A DNA stretch of 64,000 bases from assembly GCA_964016885.1 (NCBI GenBank), contig CAXHJY010001640.1, positions 1 to 64,000 of the forward strand. The letters run 5' to 3'. The translations under genes were made by a program, and so were the position numbers. The stretch comes from Eledone cirrhosa. Its lineage: Eukaryota. Shown one piece after another: positions 20,868 to 34,354 of this stretch. Positions within the stretch are counted from its first letter, which is position 1. Each line of letters starts with the position of its first letter. The notes beneath the pieces are model-generated. The model did no database searches. It saw only the letters and a program-made list of their open reading frames with translations, and was not told the DNA's origin.

Positions 20868-23558
20868 CTTCCTTATTATACAGCTGTCATCCTTCATACA
20901 CATCACATGTCCATACCAACGCAATCTCCTCTTCTGCATGCAACAACTGATCCCCCTTAAGCCTAAATTCTCACGCAGTGTTTTTATACTTTGCCGTTCA
21001 TGTATATTGTTATGGCACATCCAGCGAAGCATGGAGGTTTCATTTCTTTCCAATCTTTGCCGGTCCTCCGCACACAGTGCCCAGGTCTCGTTGCTGTGCA
21101 ACCTTGTTGTTCGTATACATACATTATACAGTCTGTCTTTCATTTTGAGAAAAAAAAACTTTTGTAGTTATTAACGGTAGTAGCTCCCTAAATTTTCTCC
21201 AACCCGATCTCATTCTGGTTACTGTGCTTTCTGAACACCCTCCTTCACTACTGATTTGGTCACCCAGGTAACGGAAACTATCTACCACTTCAACCGAGCC
21301 CTCTGAGCATTTGAAGGTGGTTGTATCCTGAGGGTTCTTGCTATTTACTGCTCCTGTGCACCTGCCACAAGTAAAACCTACAATCTTTGTTAGCCTGTCT
21401 GAGATCCCACTACATTTCTTGTGTACCTATTGCTTGCATTTGGTACATAGAATGGAATTTCTACAACTCCTTTTCTGCACACTGAGCAGGGTCATTTCCC
21501 AGAGGCGATATGTGTCCTTTTATCCTTACTACTTACTAGGACTTTAGTCTTTGCCAGGTTGATTTTAAGACCTTTCAATTCTAGGCCTTGCTTCCAGGTT
21601 TGGAATTTCATCTCTAGTTCAGCTATAAGGGTTAGGTCATCAGCATACAGAAGTTCCCATGAGTAGCCGGTCTTAAACTCCTCCATTATTGCCTGCAGAA
21701 TGATGATAAACAGAAGAGGGTTAAGAATAGAGCCCTGATGGACACCAACCTGTACGCTAAATTCTTCATTATAATCATTGTTAATTCTAACCTCACTGGT
21801 TGTTCTATACATTGCTTGAATTGCCTTCACGAGCCATTCATCAACTCCTAGTTTCCTAAGAGCCAACCAGATAATGGAACAGGGGACTCTGTCAAAAGCT
21901 TTCTCAAGATCGACAAAAGCCAGGTAGAAGGGCTTACTCTTAGCTAGGTACTTCTCCGGCAGTTGTCTTCCAAGGAAGAGGGCTTCTGTAGTACTCTTAC
22001 TTGGGACAAATCCAAACTGCATCTCATCTATGTTAACACGTTTTCTAATCAGCTGAGCTAAGACTCTTTCAGTGACCTTCATAACCTGATCAATCAACTT
22101 AATGCCTCTATAGTTTTCTCTATCTAGGGCATCTCCTTTGCCTTTATAACAGTTTACGAGGATGCTGCTACACCAGTCATTGGGTATGACACCATTTTGT
22201 AGGACTTGGTTTACAATGCGAGAGACTATGGTGTGGCCCACTATACCTGAAGTTTTCAGCATCTCAGTAATTATCCCTGAGAGGCCAGCTGCCCTGCCTG
22301 ACTTCATATCCTTGATAGCTTTACTTACTATACTACCGCTAACTTGTACAGCTGGTCCCTCTGTTAGGTCGACATGTGACTGACTGTCTTTATCCCATGC
22401 ATTCTCCTCATTCAGTAATCTTTCATAGTGGCACTTACATGCTACCTTTTTTTCAGCGTCAGTGAGGGCAAGTTCGCCAAAGTCATTTCTGACACACTTC
22501 TCTCCACTGACATCACAATTTTCCCTGACACACTGTCTTTGATCCTCACGCTGCAAAACATGCTTAAATGTTTCGTTTTCTGCTTCCCTTCTAGCGAGGT
22601 AAACTTGTCACCTAGCTTCTCTCCTAACCTTCTGGTAAACTTCTCTGCTACCCCCATTACGCCAATCTATCCAAGCCTGTCTTTTGGCCTTAATTTTCTC
22701 ATCTACTTTACTATTCCACCACCAAGTCACCCTCCGTCTCCCAAGAGACCTACTCCAGCCACAGATTTCATCTGTCGCCTTCAGTAGGTTATCTTTCAGG
22801 AACTCTCACTGCTCCTCTATATTGTAAGTCTCTATTTACTCTTCCTTGCTGTCGAAGGCGTCGGTCAACATACTTCTAAATTTGTCACTGTTTGATGGGT
22901 CTTTTAACTTTCATACTCATCTCCTCCAGGTAGGCTTCTGTTGTCGAGTTATTCTAGCCCTGAATGTAAGGTTGCTAACTACTAGTTTATGTTGGGAGGT
23001 GCATTCTTCACTGGGGATGGACTTTGTGTTCCTAACAATCACCCTGTCTCGTCTTCTAGTAACAATGAAATCAATTTGACTTGCGTGGTCACCTGATCTA
23101 TATGTGATTAGGTGGCTGTCTCGTTTTCTGAAGTTCGTGTTACGGATAGATAGGTCATTGGTGTCACAGAATTCCAGTAGTCTGAAGCCTTCCCCGTTTC
23201 TAGGACCGCACGCGTAACCCCCTTGGATCCCCTCAAAGCCATCGGAGATTTGTCCCACATGTCCGTTGAAGTCACCTGCAATGAGTAGGAAGTCGTTGTC
23301 GTTAATTTGGGAGGTAGTGAGCATTAGGGACTCAAAACCTGTCTTTTTTTTATGTCTGGAAGTCCAGACTGAGGAGCGTAGGCAGATATTGTCATGATTG
23401 TTCTGTTTAGTACAAGTCAAAGTTTTATTATTCTGTCATTTACTCTATTTACAGCAATAACTTTGTTTACCCACTTTTCTGCTACCCAAATCCCTACTCC
23501 ACCTAGCCCATCATCATTTCCCACCCAGAAAAATTTGTAGCAACGTTTTTTACCTACG
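20868..23558 (-). mobile_element. Decayed RTE-clade LINE (APE endonuclease plus RT)
   Basis: GGVGI, IAGDFNGHVG, SQIDFI, SQHKLV (APE); YKGKGDALDRENYRGIKL, QFGFVP, FVDLEKAFDRV, GVHQGS, LLYADDL (RT); RRLRWYGHV. Contains stops and frameshifts. Confidence 0.95.
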
Positions 23559-23809
23559 AGTGCCAAGTCTGAAGTTATGGAGTTCGGGGAGAGGGGTAGA
23601 TGGGAGCTTGGTAGAGGGTGGGTGGGTCGATGATGGTTTTCCATTGCTGAAATAAAGAAGAGCGATTGCATGATCGTCTAGAGGTGGTTGGTGGGTTCAT
23701 ATTTGTTGATTAGTAATGCTACAACTTAGTAATCCATAAGCCATTCAGAAGCAAACATCAGAAACGATCCCATGCTATGTGAGTTAAATTATGTCGTATA
23801 AACTCTTTG

Positions 23810-24015
23810 GAAGCCCGTAGGATAGACTACTGTACATGTAATTCAAAAGGCCAGCCTTGTCGCATACTGTGACACACTGAATCTCCTTGAGGAATATGTT
23901 AAAGGCACATATGTCTATGGAATACTCAGCCACGTACACAATAATTTTTCGAACAGGCTGTTTCTTTTGATCAAACAACTGGAACAGTAATCGTCGAAAC
24001 CGACGGAAGTCGATT
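23810..24015 (+). mobile_element. SINE family 2 3' part
   Basis: gtaattcaaaaggccagccttgtc...ggaatactcagccac...caggctg...aaccgacggaagtc. Confidence 0.75.
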
Positions 24016-24169
24016 AGTTATGGAACTGAAAAGATGAAAGCAAAGTTGACTTCAGCAGCACTTGAATTCAAAACACAAGGATCTAGAACAAATATCACAA
24101 GACATTCTCCGTCGTATATGTGCGTATATTTTTACTTGTAAGCAAAAATATATTGGCGCGCGTGTGTGT

Positions 24170-24460
24170 GTTTGTTGAATGGACTTCCGTTGGGTTCAAC
24201 GATAAGTGTTCCAGTTAGTCGTTCAAGGCAACAGCCTGCTCATGAAATTAACGTGTGATTGAGTATGCCACAGACACGTGTATCCTTAAGATAATTCTCA
24301 GGAAGATTCCGCTCTCCATTTGAATTACAGGACTGTAGTCCATCTGACGGTCTTCCAAACAGTTTCCGCCTACACAGTTGTATTTAAAATGTAAGGCTAA
24401 CCAAATCCCATGCAGTGGGATCGAACTCCTTAACCATGTGGCCAAGCTGCATCCATCATT
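24170..24460 (-). mobile_element. SINE family 2 copy
   Basis: Reverse complement of the same body; ggatcgaactc B-box on minus. Confidence 0.7.
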
Positions 24461-24565
24461 TGCGTCCATGCAACTACATATGTATATAGACATGTAGATA
24501 TATATGACACATATAAAATCGTATACATAAATGTGCGCGCGTATATGCTTACATGAGTTTGCGAA

Positions 24566-24596
<31 letters not shown>

Positions 24597-24740
24597 AGAG
24601 AGAGAGAGAGAAAGATACTTTACCTGTATGTATAAATGTAGTCAGTAATGGATGTGTATTTGCGTGTATGCACGTACATCAATGTGTAATCATTTATGTA
24701 TTCATATAAAAATATGTCTATCAATTCAAAATATCCATAA

Positions 24741-24818
<78 letters not shown>

Positions 24819-25702
24819 AAGTGATTTGCATAGAAAGGAAATTATTAGTTTGTTCGGAACTGTTAAGTTTATTCTGTTCTGTAAGACAAACATTGCCTAC
24901 CAAGTTCAGATAAACGTTTGAGCAGTCCCTAATCGCTTGCTTTGGCATATTTCTTACCGTCACCATTTTAATCAAATTAAACTGTCATTTCTTCAAATAT
25001 ATGTAATTCAAATATATGTAATTCAAATATATGTAATTCACGCCAATATATAAACAGTAAAAATAGAAATATATCTCTCACAAACATAAAATGAAAATAT
25101 GATAAACCAGAAATGAACTCATGTCCGTAGCAATAGTATGGTACTTATCTCATCAGCCCTTTTATCTACGATCTACGATATATATTTATGAATAACACAT
25201 CTCTGTGAAGTTTCATTAAAGACAGCGCAATGATATGTAACATAAAATCGAAACAAGGATCAAGTCCGGATAACAGCTTATGTGCAGACGCAAACTCACA
25301 TCATTCCCAGTGTTTATTTTTGCATAATATCGCTTACACAGAGAAGCGCTTGTATATCTATAAAATTCTGTTATTGCTTGCTTGTCTGTAATGTAATACA
25401 GCCAAAGTAGTGCATAATGGGAAAATACTTTGAAAGGAAGTTGCCCCTGTAATGGGAATACAAATGGACTAAAGCAAGTTTCGCATAAATCGGAGCACGG
25501 GTTCCCGAGATACGGGGTTTTTCCGGGTACCTTCATAAATAGAGAGAGAGAAAGATAGAGAGAAAGAGATAGTGGTTGTGACAGAGTAGATTCAAAGAGA
25601 GGCATAGAAAGAGCGAGAGAAGGAGACAGGGAAGGAAAATGGAAGAATGAGAGAGCTGGTGGGTTTGTTGAATGAAATTGTGTGTGTGTATATATGTTTG
25701 TG

Positions 25703-25806
<104 letters not shown>

Positions 25807-26943
25807 TGTGTGTATATATATATGTATATGTGTGTGTGTATATATATATGTACATATATGTGTGTGTGTATATATATATATGTGTATATATATATGTGTG
25901 TGTGACCAGTGTATATAGGTCACAGACACCCACATGTATATATATATATATATATGTATACACATACACGCACACATATATATATATATATAAACACACA
26001 CACATATATGGGCCTTCCAATTTCATTTTACATTAAATACATGTCTGTGTATATTTTAATTATTTAAAAATTATTTTTAAGTGAACATGATTTTAAAAAA
26101 AATATTTTTAAGGGAACATGATCCAACAGGTCACGGGTGGTCTAGTCTTTATATAACTTTCTGTTCATCGATCTTTGTGTATTCTTACACTTATTGTATC
26201 ATAAGTGGAGTAAAATAAACATACAAATATGCATAGATACCTAGATCGATCCACTAAACTATTGCTGAACCAGTTAGAAATGGCAGCCAAAACCACACTC
26301 TTTTGTCTTAAACAGTCACAAAATTATGTAATCCTAGATATGTTTAAACTGACAGAGTGGTCAGGATGACTTTGATCAAAGACACTCGAGCCACACACAC
26401 ACATGCACACATACGCGCACACATACATGCATAGCTATATACAAAGGTGGATCCTCTACAGGGTCATTGAACCTGGTAGAAATAACAGCCAAATCCCACT
26501 CTATTTTATTAAAGAGACAGTCGTCAATTTAATCCTAGACACATATTTAAAAGACAGAGTGGTCATGGCCCGAATGATTCTGATCAAAGATACTCTAGCC
26601 CTGTTTGCAAATGGATGGTTAGCCTGTCTTTTATCAAAGTCATTCTAAATAAAAAATCATAATCCATTAGGAGTGTATATACATACAATAAATGGAGAGT
26701 TTGTCTATCGATTACTTTCATATTTAATTGCCACCACAATCTAGGAACCACGACCATCTGCAGTTTCCATCGCTATTTCCATTTACATATATACCATGTG
26801 AATATATTAGAAAATAAACTCTTCAGCATAGTGTGTTCACAATAGTGTGTCTATATATACCCTCCACTCTCAATAAGCGTGAACCTAATACCTTTCGTAA
26901 CTTGTACTCCTGTGTTGTTTTTTACTTTCCCATATATATGCGC

Positions 26944-27081
<138 letters not shown>

Positions 27082-27185
27082 TTTACGAATTATCGAAGCG
27101 GTTCGATGATTTGAAATTTATAAATCCAAACACATAATTGCTACAATGATAATAGCGTTAGAAAATCAGAGTAACAAACATGTTC

Positions 27186-27769
27186 CAGCACGCCATTTTT
27201 CATTCTTATATTTCTTCCCCTCGCTGTGACCTGTCTTTTTCTATTCCCTTACTGCTATCCTCTTTATCTCTCCTCCTTCTCTCTCCTTGTACCTCTTACT
27301 TTCCTTCACCTCCTCTGCTGGCCACCCTCTCTCGGCTGGCCTCTTCCTCACACTTTCCCTCACTCACTCTCTGCTACACACCCTCTCTCACTTCCTCCCG
27401 TCTGACCTGTGTGAAATCCTTTTCTCGCTTACATTTCGCAGGGTTCGGACGCGTCCTTCGTCTTCTCGTCGATGATATGCTAGAACTTAAGTTCACATGT
27501 ATCACTCACTTGTTTTCTCATTTTCCTCTCTTTACGTTGCCTTACCATTTTTGTTTGTTTACATGTCTCTCTTTCTCCACCCAATTCTTTTTATCCCAAT
27601 AACTTATTTTAGTTATTGTTCGCGCTGGCTTGAGGTATCTGGTCTTTAATGCGAAGAAATACCGATGATGGCCAGAAGATCACTGATGACGGATAGTCCT
27701 GGTTTCTTGCTCTATTTTTTAATTCATATGTATCACATTCGCAACAACTCAGCACGCCATTTTTCATTC
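27186..27769 (+). mobile_element. ~564-bp non-coding repeat, permutation A-B-C, with 20-bp terminal redundancy
   Basis: cagcacgccatttttcattc at 27186-27205 and 27750-27769; homologous to 20305-20866. Confidence 0.78.
27597..27699 (+). ncRNA. Candidate rearranged (non-circularly permuted) hammerhead ribozyme
   Basis: ggta-TC-tggtct(27634-45) ... GAAA-tacc(27656-63) ... agatca-CTGATGA(27677-89). Extra helices show compensatory changes relative to the 20444-20544 copy. Confidence 0.6.
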
Positions 27770-27795
27770 CTATATATATATATATAGATAGATAA

Positions 27796-27870
<75 letters not shown>

Positions 27871-27929
27871 TGGGAGGGGGTGTATGTGTCTGTGATATAT
27901 ATATACATATATATATTTAATATACAAAT

Positions 27930-27981
27930 GGCTTCTACAGGACTAGAACTGTTTCATTCGAAGGAAGTCATCAGGAAAGCC
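27930..27981 (-). ncRNA. Type I hammerhead ribozyme (39562 family)
   Basis: Minus strand: ggctttc-CTGATGA-cttccttcgaat-GAAA-cag ttctagtc ctg-TA-gaagcc. Confidence 0.82.
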
Positions 27982-28050
27982 GAAATATTTATACTCTGCT
28001 ATGTATTGAGTACCTTACTTACTGTGTTTACCTCTGAGTGAACCCGGGAT

Positions 28051-28094
<44 letters not shown>

Positions 28095-29770
28095 TAATAA
28101 ATGGAAACTATATTTATAAAACCATATTTATTCTATTATATATGTTTCAAGAGTACCAAAACTTTGGTACGCTCTCATCAGATAAAATACAAAGTTTGTT
28201 TTATAAATATTGACATAACAAGGAAGAAGATCTTAACGGTTCAAGTTTTTCCTCGATAGGAAAGAAGGGAAAGAGAAGAAAAATCAAATATTTCAAATTA
28301 TTAAGATGAATATGCAAATGAGGTTGAGGTATAGGGCTGGAAAAAACGTTATTTTTAGACGCTAGGTAGATTTAAATAATTATTAGGATATATGCATGTA
28401 TGTGTAGGAAGAAGAAAGAGAAAGAAAGAAAAGCTTGTATTTACGTGAATTTAAAAAGAATTAACAGTTTGTAGGAATGGTGGAATATGATTCCAGAATT
28501 TAAAAAAATATTTAGCTATATTAAGTTATAATATTGTATATATAATCAATTAGATTATATGAAAAATTATGGTTGTAAGTACATTTTATCTTATTATATT
28601 ACAAAAGGTTGTAAGTATATAAATATCTATATAGATTAATAATTGTGCAAGTATAAGTATTATTGGTGATTTTATAGAAATAAAACACACGTATTAATTG
28701 TTTACATTTCCAATATGAGTTATGAAGGATGTTGATTTTACATTTTACATAAATATTTAAGAAAAAGACGTAGTTCAAATTGTAAGAGGAGAACAATTTG
28801 TAGATTCAAATATTTTCATCCAACATTGAAAATGTTTTCAGAACATTGTTAATTTAGCGAAATTATATAATTTATCATACAAGTTATCATGTCTATGTTT
28901 GCTTCATTGTAAAGGAAAAGATAACTCCAATATTATTTGCTAATCATTAAATTTGATGAATGATTTTCTTAGAAAGTATGTAGAGAAAATTATATATTAT
29001 TTTGTGTGAGATTATAAGGTATTTTATATTATATGTTTTTCAAGGATGAGAATTTCAATTACATATTATCTACGTCAAAAGATATGTGAAAAGTTTGAAG
29101 ATTAAAGAGAGGAAAAATGTATTATTAGATAAGTCAAAGGTGCATTTAGAAGAACTATCGTAAAGAGGATATCTTTCAGAAAGTCAATTAAAGAGTATCA
29201 ATCTAAATCTAAAAAATAGATTAAGAAGAGCATCATTTGGAAAAGAATATCAAATGGTAAAAATACTAAATTTAAGAATGAAGATCATTTAAAAAATTTA
29301 AATTTTTTAGAGAAAAACTCAGTAAATAATAGGATCATTTTAAAGATGTAGTCAAGAGTAATAAATATCATAGATTAAAAATACTTCGGAAAGTAGATTT
29401 TTTGACGATGTCTGCAAGAAGTAAATAATTCTGTTTTTAAATTAATAGAGTTTTGACAGTTAATTATATAAAAAAAATTTCCTTGATACACAAATGACAG
29501 ATTCTTGAGAAAGCCATATTTCGGTATGCAGGTGCTTCGAAATCGTTCCCCAAGATATTGAATAGTCTATATCCTTTAAATTTCAAATTAGATGTGAAAG
29601 TGAAGTGGAAGATTTTTTATCGGACTTATTAAATGTATGTTTGTGGTTGTACCAGCGTTCTTTGAATTTTGTAGAAGTGGCACCTATATAGGCTGACCAA
29701 GATACTTTCATGGACTGAACAAATGACGTTTATTTTTTTGGTAAAAAGCAATGCAGTTATTAAGAGTTGA
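28095..29770 (-). mobile_element. Decayed Penelope-like element 3' part (GIY-YIG, AT-rich 3' region, pLTR)
   Basis: Minus translation from ~29690: YIGATSTKFKERWYNHKHTF...STSLSHLI*NLKD...SW...CHLCIKE. It ends in a hammerhead at 28129-28189, then (TA)n. Confidence 0.82.
28129..28189 (-). ncRNA. Type I minimal hammerhead ribozyme
   Basis: Minus strand: tattttat-CTGATGA-gagcgtaccaaagttttggtactctt-GAAA-catata-TA-atagaata. Confidence 0.85.
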
Positions 29771-29860
29771 AATTAATGCATGCAAGATTTCACTGCTCTA
29801 ACATCAGTCCTATAAACCCTTCAGCCGATCCTCGTACATATATTATTCCCATACACCCGC

Positions 29861-30016
29861 CTACACTTCATCAATAACCTCCTCAATCACCCACTTACAC
29901 CTCATCGATAATCTCCCCAATCACCCACCTACACTTCATCGATAACCTCCCCAATCACCCCCTTACACTTCATCGATAATCTCCCAATCACCCCCTTACA
30001 CTTCATCGATAACCTC
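29861..30016. repeat. 34-bp minisatellite, ~4.6 copies
   Basis: Unit (c/t)tacacttcatcgataacctccccaatcacccac. Confidence 0.93.
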
Positions 30017-30192
30017 AGTAGATTTCTTTCCATAACGTTCCTTCCTTCCTTCAGTGATCTCGGATCTTTTCACAGCCATCTCTCTGCATTTATCACAAAA
30101 TAGTGTTAGATGGACTGTACCTGCATGCCTCTCCACAGTTTCTTCAGAACATTCTGTGTGGTCACTCTAATTTAAGGAACATATTTCAGGTT

Positions 30193-30660
30193 TTCTTCTT
30201 CTTCTTCTTCTTCTTCTTCTTCTTCTTCTTCTTCTTCTTCTTCTTCTTCTTCTTCTTCTTCTTCTTCTTCTTCTTCGTCGTCCACTTATTCCTGAGAGGG
30301 TCATGGGGGCAGAGTCCTCAAACACTCCTTCCAGCGGGTCCTGTCTGAAGCAACCGTCTCCAACTGATCCAGTTGGATCCCTAAGCAAGACCAGCCAAGC
30401 TCATGGATGTTATCTAACCATCTTGCCAGGGATGGCAGGAGATCCAGGGGGTAGACTCGGAGCAAGATGGTTGGATAACATCCATGAGTTCGGTTGGTCT
30501 CGCCTGGGGATCGAGATGGACCAGTTGGAGGCGGTTGCTTCTGACAGGACCCGCTGGAAGGAGTGTTTGAGGATTCTGCCCTCACAACCCTCACAGGAAT
30601 AAGAGGACAAAGAAGAAGAGACATGCTAACCACATGCCCATAGTATCGGAGCTGTGATCT
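30193..30660. mobile_element. Two RTE 3'-end fragments in inverted orientation, with (GAA)n tail
   Basis: RWLDNIHELGWS...ASDRTRWKECLR on minus (30277-30424; tail (TTC)n 30193-30276) and on plus (~30445-30620). Confidence 0.85.
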
Positions 30661-31655
30661 CTCAATTTGGAGAACTAGTCGCTCAACCTGGACACTCCAG
30701 GTCTATATTTTTTTAATCTGAGGGTGCACCATGGAAAAGTACCTATAATTCAAAAGGCCAGACATGTTACACTGAATCTCATTGAAAATTACTTTGAGGG
30801 TACACATGTTTGTGAATTGCTCAGAGCTACTTTCATATTAATCTCAAGAGTTTGCTCTTCCGTTGATCAAAGAACTAAAACACTCAACGTTGAAATTTAC
30901 GGAGGCCCATTCCTTTCCATTCTATTTCTCACAAATGTACGTGCTCAATCACTCATCCAACCACGCAATCACTTAGATTGTCTCTCTCTCTCTCTCTCTC
31001 TCTCCCTCTCTCTCTCTTTCCCTCTTTCCATTGTAATCCTTCCTCTCTCTTCCTCGTTCTCTAACGAAACGTGGAGTTAAAAAATCTCGTTCTGTTTTAT
31101 GTCTGTTAGTGGTAATTTACAGCTTCCACAACAATTTCTGGTGATGGTGGTGCAATAATGGTAATAGTAATGATGATTGTAATTATTATGGTGGTGGCGA
31201 TTTCAGTAGCCTCGGTAACTGAGCTGTCTCTCCACCACCGCCAACAATAACAACAACTACTACAACCACCACTACTTTTGCAATCAGCATCCCCGCCATC
31301 ACCCACCTGTAGCCACAGCCAAAAAAAGCACGACTCCAGTGACTCTTATACATTCATTGCCAAAGCCACCACCACCGACACCACTTCAAATACCATTACT
31401 AGAACTACCACTAATACAGTCACACTTCCACCACCACTTACATTACGACTACTATTACTATCACTGCTGCTTCTGGTATTAATGAATGGCATGTTCAAAA
31501 ACAGTAAATTTCGTCAGAGAATGATGTAAATCCGGTCGAAGCAAGGAATTTTACAGGAAGTAATAAGGAATCTAATAAAGTTTAGTCAGACTGACATTGA
31601 GAGAAAGGGTTAGGAGAGGGGGCAGATAGAGGGGGTAGAGAGAGGGAGAGAAAGG

Positions 31656-31748
<93 letters not shown>

Positions 31749-32039
31749 ATAAAGTAGACATGTAGATATGACAATGACGAGAAAAGAATCGAACTTAAAA
31801 ACTAAATCTCTATCATTAAAAAAATATCTGTTGATATTGGAGAGTGAGGACTGTAAATTAGGGGATCCGACAGACAATGTTAAGGTGGAGAATTGGTAGG
31901 GTCGTTAGAGCGAAGGATTAAAAATGCTTCAGTACTTGTTCCGGCACATAAGGAGGCTTTGAGTTCAAATCTAGCCGAGTTCAACATTAACTTCCAAGGT
32001 CGGTAAATAAGGTTCTCTTTTTTCTCTCCTTTCTCTGAC

Positions 32040-32530
32040 TTTCTTTCGACTGTGTTTCGACATAGAAAGGGAAAGGCTACGCCAGGTTTAAATACCCAAG
32101 ATATGTATACCAGTTGTGTTATATGGTCTTGACTGTGTTGATTGGACGACAAGGTCACTTCAGAAGCTCTCTACATTCCAGAACCACATCATGAGACTTA
32201 TGACTGGCAAGCAGCTCAACAACAGTATCTGTATCAGTGAGCTGCTCAACATCACCAGGCTTAGACCAATAACATCAATTGTTAAGTCAAGAGTACTCAA
32301 ACTATACAGTCATATAAAAAGATCAACTCGTGGTGTGAGTAGGTTATGCCTGGAAGGAGTTTTGGCTGGTAAGAGAAGCAGAGGCCGGCAGCCAAAACGA
32401 AGGCTTGATAATGTCAACCTATGGACTGGACTTGATATCTGCTCTTTAAACTCTGCTGTTGGTGTTCGAACTTCGTGGAGAAAAATATCTCAAGCTGATG
32501 CGTAGTCTGCAACTGGCGGAGTTTAACGTC
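32040..32530 (+). mobile_element. RTE-like LINE C-terminal fragment
   Basis: LYGLDC..W...LSTFQNHIMR...LKLYSHIKR...LEGVLAGKRSRGRQPKRRLDNV...SWRKI. Confidence 0.85.
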
Positions 32531-33171
32531 AAGGTAGGTATCATTTAGTTTAATACTACGTAACAGCCCAAATTACAAAAATGAAAATGCCTTGTTCCTT
32601 GACAGTCTGCGGTATTTCTCGCTTAAATTGGAATCTTATAATGAATCATCTCACTACTTTATTAATGCGCACGAAAGAAAACAAACAAACAGACTTGGTT
32701 TGCTTTTACGTTCAGGAGTGTTTGCTCTTGATACATTGTACCACTTGTGCAGCGATTTTGTAAATACTTTAAAAGCGCAGTCACCGTTTCGGTGGCCTAT
32801 TGAGAGGTATTAGAGACAGTGGAGATTCTGGTTTTGGGTTCAATCTCGGTATTTACACTAAGAATGTCTTACTTTTTTTTTTTTGTCTTTTCCTTTACTT
32901 TCCTATACAGCCACGTCTGCTCTTCTTTACTCTTTCCCCCTTTGTTTTCATTATTTGTATAATTAATCAGGAAAACTTAATAGTTTAATATATATATATA
33001 TAATTCAATACTTTTGTTAATCATGTCATGTCACTTACGTATAAAGCAATATTATTAGATACCAAACTAAAGATGATGGAAAAAGAGGAAGAAGGAGAAA
33101 AGATAAATGTTATTACGAAATCATTAGAAATTGCATCGTCGATTTAAAAATCATAATGAATCAATAAACGT

Positions 33172-33450
33172 TCTCTCTTCTTCTTTTTCTTCGCCCACTT
33201 ATTCCTGAGAGGGTCGTGGAGGCAGAGTCCTCAAACACTCCTTCCAATGGTCTTGTTAGAAGCAGTCATCTCCAACTGATCCAGCTGGATCTCCAAGCGG
33301 GACCAGCCAAGCTCATGGATGTTATCCAACCATCTTGATTGGGGTCTACTCCTAGGTTTCTTGCCAGTTGGTTTTGCTCGTAAAATCCGTCCAGCGATTT
33401 TTTCCTGAGACATTCTAACCGCATGCCCATTGTTTCGGAGATTGTTCAGC
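33172..33450 (-). mobile_element. RTE 3'-end fragment, same family as 30193-30660
   Basis: MSQEKIAGRILRAKPTGKKPRSRPQSRWLDNIHELGWSRL plus GAA-rich tail. Confidence 0.85.
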
Positions 33451-33534
33451 TCAAAATAAAAGTTGTCATATAAAATTGAAGTGAATGTAACGCGGTAAAA
33501 TCCTTTGTGCAGTATAAGGGGCTAAATCTATTTA

Positions 33535-33870
33535 ACCCGCGAATGGTTTGAAAAGTACAAGAAACGATCTGATATCCTTAGTAGTCAGTTCAAGATATCA
33601 GCACGTGCTGACGTACAGGCAACATCGGAATTTCTAGCAAAACTGAAGAGTATTACAGAAAGAGGTAAATATTCACTAACACTAACTTTAACGTAGATTA
33701 ATGTTGGGATATTTTGGAAATATTTATCAAAAATGTTATCTAAAAGAAAAGAAAAACGGTACCAAAGTAGACGGCAGTAAAAAGATGGTCTCACATTTTT
33801 GTTAGGAACAAAAAGAATCCATTATTCGTTTATCATTCTGATACTCCGAGAGCATGGAAGACGTCTCCAA
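33535..33870 (+). mobile_element. Decayed Tigger/pogo (CENP-B-like DDE) transposase fragment
   Basis: Frameshifted WFEKYKKR...ADVQATSEFLAKLKSI...Y...FNVD...FWK...LTFLLG...PLFVYHSDTPRAWK. Confidence 0.7.
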
Positions 33871-34113
33871 ATCGAATCTGCCTTTTATACAGAAATCTAA
33901 CAAAATCTTGAGTTACACAGAGTTTGTTTATTGAATAGTTTATTAAACATTAGTGCTCTGATGCCTGTAAGGATAATTTCTGCTCTGCCAATACTGTGAG
34001 AAGAGTCATTTCAACCCCAATGCACTTCTGCTTTTAGGCAACGTTCAAATTTAAATTTACTCTAAGCCTGTGTACATGCTCAACACAAATTCTCTATTAC
34101 AATCTACGGATCG

Positions 34114-34237
<124 letters not shown>

Positions 34238-34264
34238 CAATATTGTATATATGTACACACACAA

Positions 34265-34354
<90 letters not shown>

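Noticed and set aside
25216-25530. Unique-looking sequence as a possible upstream chitinase exon
   Set aside because: I found no GH18 N-terminal motifs or convincing splice sites in the frames examined.
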